This document shows positions 45,221-52,661 of a DNA stretch of 64,000 nt, in pieces. Each line of letters begins with the position of its first letter. The stretch's first letter is position 1. Both the position numbers and the translations under genes were made by a program. The stretch covers positions 492-64,491 of the forward strand of contig JAFLCQ010000004.1 in the NCBI GenBank assembly GCA_017302815.1, read 5' to 3'. This DNA is from Planctomycetota bacterium (GTDB lineage Bacteria; Planctomycetota; UBA11346). Under the pieces are notes generated by a model. The model saw only the letters and a list, made by a program, of their open reading frames with translations, was not told the DNA's origin and searched no databases.

Positions 45221-46078
45221 TTATCCGAAGGTCGGGAACGGGTCCCCGAACACGGCGCGCCATGATCGGACGGCGTCCGCTTCGTTCCCTTGACGACCGG
45301 CGTACCACGCGTCCCTCGCGCCGTCCCTGGCTTTCTCAAGGCGGTCGACTGCTTGGTCCCTGTCGGACTGGGACAAGTAGGAATCCGCGTACCCGAGCCG
45401 GTTCCACAGGCTCGACTTGGCGAGCGCCGACGCCTTGTCGAAGAACTGGAAGACGCTCCACGGCAGGTCGTCCAGGGACGAGGTGAGCGCCTTGAGCGCC
45501 ATGACCTCGATGTGGTAGGACTGGAGGTAGTCGCTGTGGCCCTTGTTCCAAGCCTTGGCCATCTTCACGATCTTGCGGAAGTTCCCGCCACAGGTCGACG
45601 CGGCGTGATCGATGTCGTCGCCGTGGTCCTTTGGGTTCGTCGAGATCCAGTTGCCCGACGAAGCGTCGGGAATGTCGTAGTGGGTCACGGCCCCGGCGCC
45701 GTTTATGCACTGGGCTGCGGGGACGATGTCGACGTTGGGCCACGAATCGTAATAGAGGGTGACGGCCTGGCCGTTCTTCCGGACGTTGGTCTTGTCTTCG
45801 CCGAGCGCGTCCCGCACGTCTTGGAGCAGGTCCTTCGGGCTCTTCCCCTTGATGTGCTTCCCGTAGTGGAGGGCGACCATGACGTCGACGTCCGCGTGCT
45901 TCTTGATCGCCGTGAACCTTGGGATGGAGCCGGAGGGGAACGCCTCCAGTACCTCGAACTTCTTCTTCATCAGGCCGACGATGTGGTCTTTGCGGGCGTT
46001 GGCGTCGCTGCGGCGGTCGCCGTCCAGGTTGATGGCGTCGAAGTAGGCTGAGAATGCGGAATCCACCGTGAGCGCCAT
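45221..46078 (-). CDS. SMODS/CD-NTase-like nucleotidyltransferase, paralog A (first gene of operon)
   Basis: PSGSIPRFTAIKKHADVDVMV, NVDIVPA, C-terminal tail SWRAVFGDPFP. Confidence 0.65.
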   Translation of the reverse strand: MALTVDSAFSAYFDAINLDGDRRSDANARKDHIVGLMKKKFEVLEAFPSGSIPRFTAIKKHADVDVMVALHYGKHIKGKSPKDLLQDVRDALGEDKTNVRKNGQAVTLYYDSWPNVDIVPAAQCINGAGAVTHYDIPDASSGNWISTNPKDHGDDIDHAASTCGGNFRKIVKMAKAWNKGHSDYLQSYHIEVMALKALTSSLDDLPWSVFQFFDKASALAKSSLWNRLGYADSYLSQSDRDQAVDRLEKARDGARDAWYAGRQGNEADAVRSWRAVFGDPFPTFG

Positions 46079-46157
46079 ATGGGTGTCTGTTACTGGTCCC
46101 CGTGCCGCCGTCCAGGCTGGGGGCTGTCTATCTTTGGGGCTGGAACTGGCGCCAACC

Positions 46158-46517
46158 TTAACGACCGGCGGACGCCTTGATCTGGGCCCAGACGCGGCGC
46201 CAGGATTCCTGGGGCAGCTTGGCTAGTCTGCAGATCGCGTAGCACTCTAGCACTTGCGTCACCTCCTGTCCGCTGGGGTCAACGGCTTGCGTCGTAAATA
46301 CTGACATTGCAAAGGCTCGGACACCAACCCTGAGCCATTTTGCCATACTGTAGGTCGTGAGCATGGCGCATGGCAGGGGTGCAGCGGTTCTTGTCCGATA
46401 AGACCACGATGCGTCGCGACCGCGATCCCTCGCGCTCTGCACCATCTGGACCCACGAGGCGTTGGACTCGGCCTGTGGCGACGAGCCAGACATGAATGGA
46501 TGTGATCTCATGCTCAT
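46158..46517 (-). CDS. Doubtful ORF (119 aa) abutting the tauE stop
   Basis: Start codon directly follows the tauE stop. Lower G+C than its flanks. No family recognised; may be a remnant or non-coding. Confidence 0.2.
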   Translation of the reverse strand: MSMRSHPFMSGSSPQAESNASWVQMVQSARDRGRDASWSYRTRTAAPLPCAMLTTYSMAKWLRVGVRAFAMSVFTTQAVDPSGQEVTQVLECYAICRLAKLPQESWRRVWAQIKASAGR

Positions 46518-47261
46518 TCAAGTCGCCACCAGTTTCGTTGCTGCTATCAGCAGCACGACAGCCAGCATTCGCCGAAAGACCAATGGCGCGAGGCGGCGGC
46601 TGCCCATCCATGCGCCGAGGGCTCCGCAGAGGGCTACGACGATGGCCCAGATGGGGAGAGCGGCTGGTAGTTGGGTCAGATCAGGGCGATGGCCGACGAG
46701 ACCAGCCGTGCTGTTCACAAGGATGAATGCCGCCGCAACGCCGCCGGTTTCGCGGGCTTCGCCCCACCGGCAGAAGATGAGCAGCGGGGACAGATAGATG
46801 CCACCACCCGTACCCGTGATCCCGGCAACCAGGCCGATTGCGGCGCCACTGGTGGCAGCGGTCAGCGGCGCGGGGTGGCGCCGGGGCTGTGGTGATGCCG
46901 ATTGCGTGGGCGGGAGGGCCAGTCGTGCGGCTGCCGCCAGCAGTCCGAGGGCGACCAGGAGCCGGTATACGGTGCCCGAGACGGTCAGGCTACCACCCAG
47001 GAAAGCGAAGGGTGCTGCCGCCAGGGCGAAGGGCCAGAACAACCGCCACGAAAAGCAGCCGGCGCGGGCGAACTGGATCAAGGCGATCGTGCCCACGACG
47101 AGGTTGAGCACCAAGGCGGTGGGCTTCATCTGCTCGGGAGCCATGCCGAGCAGGGCCATGGCCGCCAGGTAGCCCGAGGCTCCGGCGTGGCCAACCGAGG
47201 CGTAGAGGAAGGCCGCGATGGCGAAGGCGCCGGTCAGGATCAGTTCGGAACTGCTCAGCAC
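46518..47261 (-). CDS. tauE: Sulfite exporter TauE/SafE-family membrane protein
   Basis: GTG at 47261 gives (M)LSSSELILTGAFAIAAFLYASVGHAGASGY... Multi-TM, with GITGTGGGIYLSPLLI motif. The upstream 139 codons of the track ORF are Arg/His-rich and overlap mobB. Confidence 0.7.
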   Translation of the reverse strand: MLSSSELILTGAFAIAAFLYASVGHAGASGYLAAMALLGMAPEQMKPTALVLNLVVGTIALIQFARAGCFSWRLFWPFALAAAPFAFLGGSLTVSGTVYRLLVALGLLAAAARLALPPTQSASPQPRRHPAPLTAATSGAAIGLVAGITGTGGGIYLSPLLIFCRWGEARETGGVAAAFILVNSTAGLVGHRPDLTQLPAALPIWAIVVALCGALGAWMGSRRLAPLVFRRMLAVVLLIAATKLVAT

Positions 47262-47749
47262 GCGGTGCCAGCCAAACGCAGCAACTGCATGGCGATCGCC
47301 GGGAGATCCTCTCGCGACCAGCGCGGGATGGCGGTTCCGGGTTGGTCGTCGGTGATGATCGCGCTGATGTCCGTGCGACCGGTGGCCAAGGGCGGAGTGC
47401 CGAGACCTGCTCGCCACACCTCGACCTTGGGAGCGATGGCATCCACATCGCCTTCGACCAGGACCAGGGCGCAGTCGGCGTAGTGCGGAGCAAGGATGGC
47501 GTATGGGGCGTCGGTCGGCTGGAGCGGCAAATGCAGCGCCAAGCGGTCGCCGGCGATGATGGCGGCTGGATGGGCGCCGGCCTGGCGTTGCCGCCAGGAG
47601 TCCTTGCCCGGGGTGTCGAGTTCGTGGATGTGGCCGGTGTGCTTGATCGAGCCGACACGCAGGCCGGACGCAGACCAATGTGCGATCAACGCCACTGCCA
47701 GGGTGGTCTTGCCGTGTCCGCTATACCCGACGAGGTGCACCCGGCGCAT
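47255..47749 (-). CDS. mobB: Molybdopterin-guanine dinucleotide biosynthesis adapter MobB
   Basis: P-loop VGYSGHGKTTL and GSIKHTGH motif. 164 aa. Confidence 0.85.
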   Translation of the reverse strand: MRRVHLVGYSGHGKTTLAVALIAHWSASGLRVGSIKHTGHIHELDTPGKDSWRQRQAGAHPAAIIAGDRLALHLPLQPTDAPYAILAPHYADCALVLVEGDVDAIAPKVEVWRAGLGTPPLATGRTDISAIITDDQPGTAIPRWSREDLPAIAMQLLRLAGTAC

Positions 47750-47750
47750 G

Positions 47751-48287
47751 TCAGGTCCGTGGCCGGAAGGCGACGAGGACGCCAGGATCGGTCTCCAACC
47801 GGGCGCCGCCGATCAGATCCAGGCAGTAGGGCACGGCCGGGAAGACGGCGTCGAGGCTGGTGCGGATGGCGCTGGGCTTGCCAGGCAGGTTGATGATCAG
47901 GCAGGAGCCGCGCAACCCGGCGGTCTGGCGGGAAAGGATGGCGGTGGGGACCTCGCGGAGACTGACCGTGCGCATCAGTTCGCCGAAGCCGGGCATGAGG
48001 CGCGAGCACACGGCGACCGTGGCCTCCGGGGTGACGTCTCGTGGTGACGGGCCGGTGCCGCCGGTGGTCACGACCAGCGAACAGCCCTCCTGATCGACGA
48101 GTTCGCAGAGCGTCCGCTCGATCAGCGGCTGTTCGTCGGGAATGACGCGGCGCACCGCGTCCCAGGGACTGGTCAGGTAGGCGGTGAGGGTGTCGACGAT
48201 GGCGGGGCCGCCGCGGTCCTCGTAGATCCCAGCGCTGGCCCGGTCGCTGACCGTGAGGATGCCGATCCGGGCCGATGGGTTGGTCAT
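47751..48287 (-). CDS. mog: Molybdopterin adenylyltransferase Mog (MoaB/Mog family)
   Basis: IGILTVSDRAS and VVTTGGTGPSPRDVTPEA motifs. 178 aa. Confidence 0.85.
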   Translation of the reverse strand: MTNPSARIGILTVSDRASAGIYEDRGGPAIVDTLTAYLTSPWDAVRRVIPDEQPLIERTLCELVDQEGCSLVVTTGGTGPSPRDVTPEATVAVCSRLMPGFGELMRTVSLREVPTAILSRQTAGLRGSCLIINLPGKPSAIRTSLDAVFPAVPYCLDLIGGARLETDPGVLVAFRPRT

Positions 48288-48319
48288 GGCGTCTCCGCTT
48301 CCTGGCCGATCCTGTACGC

Positions 48320-48874
48320 ATGCAGATCGCGGGCGCCATCATCGCCGGTGGACGTGGAAGTCGGATGGGCACGCCGCACAAGGCCGCCATCCGGCTTGGT
48401 GACGGCAGGACGTCGTCGGAACGTCTGGCGACCGCATTGCATGGCGCTGGCTGTGCCCCGGTCGTGATCGTCGCCAACGAGTCCTCGCCGTACCTCGGCA
48501 TGGGTCTGTGCACCGTGGCCGATCGCAGGCCGGGTCTTGGTCCCTTGGCCGGCATCGAATCCGCCTTGCTGGCCGTGGCGCCTCTGCCGGTCTGCGTGGT
48601 GGCAGGCGACATGCCCAGGTTGGGTGTTGAGGATCTCCGGCGGTTGATCGCCGCCTGGGATGGCCGGCTGGCCGTCGCCTGGACCGACCGCATGCAGCCG
48701 CTGTGTGCGGTGGTGGCGGCGAACCTGGTCGTGGAGGTCTCGGCAGCACTCGATCGTGGGGAGCATGGAGTCTACCGGCTCTGGGAACGCCTAGGCGCCG
48801 TTCCGGTGCGCTTCACCGATGACGCTACTTTTGTCGATCTTGACACGCCCGAGGACCTGGCCCGCTGCCAGTGA
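48320..48874 (+). CDS. mobA: Molybdenum cofactor guanylyltransferase MobA
   Basis: Internal ATG at 48320 gives MQIAGAIIAGGRGSRMG (LAGGxxxRMG motif), GPLAGIESAL, and VVAGDMP. Confidence 0.8.
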   Translation: MQIAGAIIAGGRGSRMGTPHKAAIRLGDGRTSSERLATALHGAGCAPVVIVANESSPYLGMGLCTVADRRPGLGPLAGIESALLAVAPLPVCVVAGDMPRLGVEDLRRLIAAWDGRLAVAWTDRMQPLCAVVAANLVVEVSAALDRGEHGVYRLWERLGAVPVRFTDDATFVDLDTPEDLARCQ

Positions 48875-49332
48875 CCGCTGCGGCCACCGGACTTCTCCTC
48901 CAGTTGAACCGCCTCGATCACCATGCCCCGGTCGAGGGCCTTGCACATGTCGTAGACCGTCAGCGCTGCCGCCGTGGCGGCCACGAGCGCCTCCATCTCG
49001 ACGCCCGTGCGACCCTCCAGACTGGCGGTGGCGCGGATGCGGACCTCTGCGCGTCCCAGGACCAGAGCGACGTCGACCGCATCGAGGGGCAGGCTGTGGC
49101 ACAGTGGGATGAGTTCGTCGGTGCGTTTGGCCGACTGGATGCCGGCGATGCGCGCCACCGCCAGGACGTCTCCCTTGGCGACCGCCTGTCGGCGGATGGC
49201 GCGGATGACGGCCGGAGTCGTCGTGACTACGGCGCTAGCGGTCGCGCTGCGCCGGGTGACCGTCTTGCCACCGACATCGACCATGCGGGCGTGGCCGCGA
49301 CCATCGAGATGGGTGAATCTCAGCGTGCCCAT
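48772..49332 (-). CDS. moaC: Cyclic pyranopterin monophosphate synthase MoaC
   Basis: THLDGRGHARMVDVGGK, ELIPLCHSLPL, TGVEMEAL, VYDMCKA motifs. Has a basic C-terminal extension of roughly 30 aa that overlaps the mobA 3-prime end. Confidence 0.9.
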   Translation of the reverse strand: MGTLRFTHLDGRGHARMVDVGGKTVTRRSATASAVVTTTPAVIRAIRRQAVAKGDVLAVARIAGIQSAKRTDELIPLCHSLPLDAVDVALVLGRAEVRIRATASLEGRTGVEMEALVAATAAALTVYDMCKALDRGMVIEAVQLEEKSGGRSGHWQRARSSGVSRSTKVASSVKRTGTAPRRSQSR

Positions 49333-50516
49333 GCGTCGACTCCAATGCGGGTGTAGGTGATCTCGGTCCCGGCAGGCGCTTCAACAGCGCCAGGGTCGAG
49401 ACGGAGATAGGCGTTGGCCTGATGCGGTTGCACCAGGTCCGCGCTGGAGAACGGCAGCAACGGCAGGACCGAGCCGCCCTCGATCAGGGCCGGTAGGAAC
49501 CAGGTGTGCTCGCTGTTGGCTGGCAGGGTGGTGCGCAGGACGCCCCGACCGCTCACCGGAATATGCGGCAGCCTCGCCAGGCGACGCAGGGCTGGGAGAA
49601 CATACCGACAGGCGCACAGATGCGCCGCAAGCGGATTGCCGGGCAGTCCGAACAGCAGGTGCCGTCCCAGACGCGCCACCAGGAGCGGCTTGCCCGGACG
49701 CTGGGCAACCTTGTGGAACAGCACCTCGGCGCCCAGGCGGCGCAGAACACCTGGGACCTCGTCGTGGGTGCCAGCGGAGACGCCGCCGGTCAGGACTACG
49801 ACATCGGCATCGCTGATCGACTGGAGGCCAGCGAGCAGAGCCTCGGCATCGTCACCGATCACCTGACGTTGGACCGATGCGCCTGCCTCTTGGAACATGG
49901 CGCCAAGCATCGGGCCATTGGTGTCCCGGATCTGGCCGGCAGCACTGGGATCGGCCGCCAGTTCGCTACCAGTGGCGATCACCGCCACCCGTGGCCGCGG
50001 ATGGACCTCCAGGTGCGCGGCACCGACGCCCAGGGCTGCGGCCAGGGTCATCGGCGTCACCACCGCACCTGCCCTCGCCCACGCGTGGCCGGCACGGCAC
50101 TCGCCAGCCCGGGGCACAATGTTGGCTCCCGGACGGATGCGTTCGGGCAGGCATATCTGCTGGCCCTGACGCCTGGTCTGCTCGTGTGGCACGACCGCCT
50201 CGGCTCCCGGCGGAACCGGGGCGCCGGTCATGATCGGGTAGGCCTGGCCCACCTGCAGGGGCACCCGGTCCGCGCCATCGCCGGCGGCGATCTCCCCGAG
50301 GAGTTCCACCGCCGCGCCGGCATCGGCGAGGCGGATCGCATACCCGTCCATCATCGCCCGGTCGAAGGGCGGAAGGTCGGTGCAGGCCGTGGCATCCGCA
50401 GCCAGCACTAGGCCCAGGCAGTCGCCGGGGGGTAGGCTGACGGATCGGGCGGGCGGAACGGCGGCGAACACCTGCGCCAATGCGGCATCTGGTTCCAGGA
50501 GTCCAGCCATGCTCAT
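49320..50516 (-). CDS. moeA: Molybdopterin molybdenumtransferase MoeA
   Basis: ATG at 50516 (ATGA overlap with the moaE stop). PPFDRAMMDGYA, IMTGAPVP, VVLTGGVSAG motifs. Confidence 0.85.
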   Translation of the reverse strand: MSMAGLLEPDAALAQVFAAVPPARSVSLPPGDCLGLVLAADATACTDLPPFDRAMMDGYAIRLADAGAAVELLGEIAAGDGADRVPLQVGQAYPIMTGAPVPPGAEAVVPHEQTRRQGQQICLPERIRPGANIVPRAGECRAGHAWARAGAVVTPMTLAAALGVGAAHLEVHPRPRVAVIATGSELAADPSAAGQIRDTNGPMLGAMFQEAGASVQRQVIGDDAEALLAGLQSISDADVVVLTGGVSAGTHDEVPGVLRRLGAEVLFHKVAQRPGKPLLVARLGRHLLFGLPGNPLAAHLCACRYVLPALRRLARLPHIPVSGRGVLRTTLPANSEHTWFLPALIEGGSVLPLLPFSSADLVQPHQANAYLRLDPGAVEAPAGTEITYTRIGVDAWAR

Positions 50517-50953
50517 TCCGGCGCCGCGCTGCGCATGATGGTTCCCTGGCTCCATTCCACCGTCCCGTCGGCGAAGGTCTCCTGCTTCCACACCGGAACG
50601 CGGGCCTTGACCTCATCCATGATCCAGGCGCAGGCGGCGAAGGCCTCGGCGCGGTGGGCCGCCGCCGTACCGATCCACACCGCCGCCTCGCCGACCTCCA
50701 GATGGCCGACGCGGTGGCAGCCGAGAGCCGCCAGAAGCGGCCAGCGGGTGCGAGCGGCGACGAGGATCTCGCTGCCCACCCGCACCGCGAGCGGGGCGTA
50801 GCCCTGGTAGTCGAGGTGGCGAACGGCCCGGCCCTGGTGGTGGTCGCGGACGACGCCCTCGAAGATGACCAGGCCGCCGGCCTGGGGGTGATCAAGACGC
50901 CGACGCCAGGCGGCGAGGTCGATGGGGCGGTCGGTGACCTGGAAGTCCTCCAT
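50513..50953 (-). CDS. moaE: Molybdopterin synthase catalytic subunit MoaE
   Basis: ATG at 50953 lies just after the moaD stop. GGLVIFEGVVRD, HRVGHLEVGE, PVWKQE motifs. Confidence 0.85.
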   Translation of the reverse strand: MEDFQVTDRPIDLAAWRRRLDHPQAGGLVIFEGVVRDHHQGRAVRHLDYQGYAPLAVRVGSEILVAARTRWPLLAALGCHRVGHLEVGEAAVWIGTAAAHRAEAFAACAWIMDEVKARVPVWKQETFADGTVEWSQGTIMRSAAPE

Positions 50954-50954
50954 G

Positions 50955-51197
50955 TCAGCCTCCCGAGACCGGCGGCAGGAACACCACGGTATCACCATCG
51001 GCAAGCGGCGCGTCCCAGCGCACCATCGCCTCGTTCACCGCCACGATGAGGGTCCGCTCCGGTAGGGTCAGACCATGCCGCTGCACCAGTTCCCGGTACA
51101 GGTAGCGGGCCGTGGTTGCCGTCGAGGTGATGCGTTCGCTGTCCAGGCCACGCTGGTCGCGCAGATGGGCGAAGTAGAGGACGGTAAGTTCCGGCAT
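50955..51197 (-). CDS. moaD: Molybdopterin synthase sulfur carrier MoaD
   Basis: 80 aa ubiquitin-like protein ending in PPVSGG. Confidence 0.85.
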   Translation of the reverse strand: MPELTVLYFAHLRDQRGLDSERITSTATTARYLYRELVQRHGLTLPERTLIVAVNEAMVRWDAPLADGDTVVFLPPVSGG

Positions 51198-51198
51198 G

Positions 51199-52119
51199 TC
51201 AGCCTCCGATGCCGGCCATCATGCCGGAACGCTGGAATCGCAGAGGTGGAGCCTTGGCGCCGATCGCTCGTCGGATGGCGATGTCGAGACCGGCGAGATT
51301 ACCTGCGCGCAGCAGGGGCAGCAGGTCGGTGCCCCGCTCGTCGAAGAGACAGGTGTGCAGCCGGCCCTGGCTGGTCAGGCGGATGCGGTCGCAGGTGGCG
51401 CAGAACGGGTTCGTGACCGTGGTGATGAAGCCGAGGGTGGTGGCCGAGGGATCGACGCCGTCCACGGTCCACACGCGGCTGGTCGGCTCGTCGCGATCTG
51501 AGTCCTCGGTGATGGCGAGGCCGGCACTGGCCAGGCGTTCCCGAAGGACCTCGGCGGTGATATGGCGCTCGCTCCAATCGGCATGGGCGATGCCGATGTC
51601 CATGAGTTCGATGAAGCGGAGGTGCGCGCCCTCGGCGATCGCCAGGCGGGCCAGGGCGGCGGGATCGGTGTCCATCGTCGCCACAGCGTTGAGTTTGAGT
51701 GGCGTGAAGCCGGTACGGCGCGCTGCGCGGATCGAGGCCAGCACTGCCATGAAGTGGTCGTGGCGGGCGGCGCGGCGAAAGCCGTCGGCATCGGCCGCAT
51801 CCAGGCTGATGTTGAGCCGGGTCAGCCCCGCGTTGCGCAACTCAGGCAGCAGGCGTTCCAGCGCCACGCCGTTGGTGGTCATGCCGACTGTGGGCACCAG
51901 CCATGCGGCGGTACGGATGTGTTGCAGGAGGCTCGGGCAGATGGTCGGTTCGCCGCCGGTCAGCCGGATCTTGGTGACCGGCGCAGAGGCGCAGACTGCC
52001 GCCATGAGGCGGTCGAGCTCCTCGGCCGTCGCGCGGGACGGCGCGAAGCGCGCGTCCTCGGGCAGGCAATAGGTGCAACGCAGGTTACAGCGGTCGGTGA
52101 CCGACACGCGGAGGTACAT
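51199..52119 (-). CDS. moaA: GTP 3',8-cyclase MoaA (radical SAM)
   Basis: ATG at 52119 gives MYLRVSVTDRCNLRCTYCLPE (CxxxCxxC), LTGGEP, and the C-terminal CATCDRIRLTSQGRLHTCLF cluster. Confidence 0.9.
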   Translation of the reverse strand: MYLRVSVTDRCNLRCTYCLPEDARFAPSRATAEELDRLMAAVCASAPVTKIRLTGGEPTICPSLLQHIRTAAWLVPTVGMTTNGVALERLLPELRNAGLTRLNISLDAADADGFRRAARHDHFMAVLASIRAARRTGFTPLKLNAVATMDTDPAALARLAIAEGAHLRFIELMDIGIAHADWSERHITAEVLRERLASAGLAITEDSDRDEPTSRVWTVDGVDPSATTLGFITTVTNPFCATCDRIRLTSQGRLHTCLFDERGTDLLPLLRAGNLAGLDIAIRRAIGAKAPPLRFQRSGMMAGIGG

Positions 52120-52240
52120 TGCAGGTCCTTTCCTCGGCCTGCGGTGTGCAGGCGTCATGGGAGACCGGCCCGTTTCCAGGCTGGCCCCGTCTCCAGCACC
52201 ATGGCCCGGATGGGCGGTAGGCGCTGGAGATCGGATTCAA
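52120..52240 (-). promoter_or_regulatory. Candidate Moco (molybdenum cofactor) riboswitch in moaA leader
   Basis: The minus-strand leader contains, in order, AUCUCCAGCGCC ... GCUGGAGA (8-bp stem), CUGGAAAC, GGUCUCCC, hairpin GCCUGC-ACACC-GCAGGC, and GAGGAAAGGAC just before the AUG. These resemble the conserved CUCCGAGCC / GCCUCCC / GGAAAGG blocks of the Moco RNA motif as I remember it. Confidence 0.5.
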
Positions 52241-52256
52241 TACAGACAAAGAGCGA

Positions 52257-52661
52257 TCAGGCTATCGAACTGCACTGACAGAGGAGGCTGGATAGGCTGG
52301 TTTGACGCAGTGCATGGTCCTCATCGGACTGGATTCGAACCAGCAGTCGGTTGACAGAACAGTCCGTTTGCGGATTACCTAACCGGCAACTGGAGCAAGT
52401 GCTGAAGGAGGAAGGCGGATCGATCGCTCGGACGATAGCGAAGGCACTGACTTCGTCTGGGTCACGGTTGAATTGGAATCCACCGTTCAGACCTCGTTGC
52501 GATACCAGGATGCCTGCGTTGCATAAGGAACTGAGTATCTTCGCGACGTACCCTCCTGGAATGCCGGTTGCGAACGAAACTTCCTTTGCCGTGCACCAGC
52601 ACCCGCGCTGTGCGATGTGGGTAGTTGCCCGTAGTGCGTATTGTGCCGTGACGCTCAGCAT
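52257..52661 (-). CDS. Rrf2-family transcriptional regulator (NsrR/IscR-like)
   Basis: MLSVTAQYALRATTHIA, wHTH AKEVSFATGIPGGYVAKILSSLCNAGILVSQRGLNGGF, C-terminal Cys residues. Start overlaps the stop of the upstream NrfD gene. Confidence 0.8.
   Translation of the reverse strand: MLSVTAQYALRATTHIAQRGCWCTAKEVSFATGIPGGYVAKILSSLCNAGILVSQRGLNGGFQFNRDPDEVSAFAIVRAIDPPSSFSTCSSCRLGNPQTDCSVNRLLVRIQSDEDHALRQTSLSSLLCQCSSIA

Larger units (their letters stand above)
5667..46157. mobile_element. tRNA-Leu-associated genomic island (composite: integrative element plus defence islet); right end not defined
   Basis: A tyrosine integrase gene lies about 200 bp after the tRNA 3-prime end, followed by excisionase-like and DUF3987 genes and mobile-element cargo. 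Recognisable core genes (tauE, moco) resume at 46518. No direct repeat of the tRNA 3-prime end was found by eye. Confidence 0.6.
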
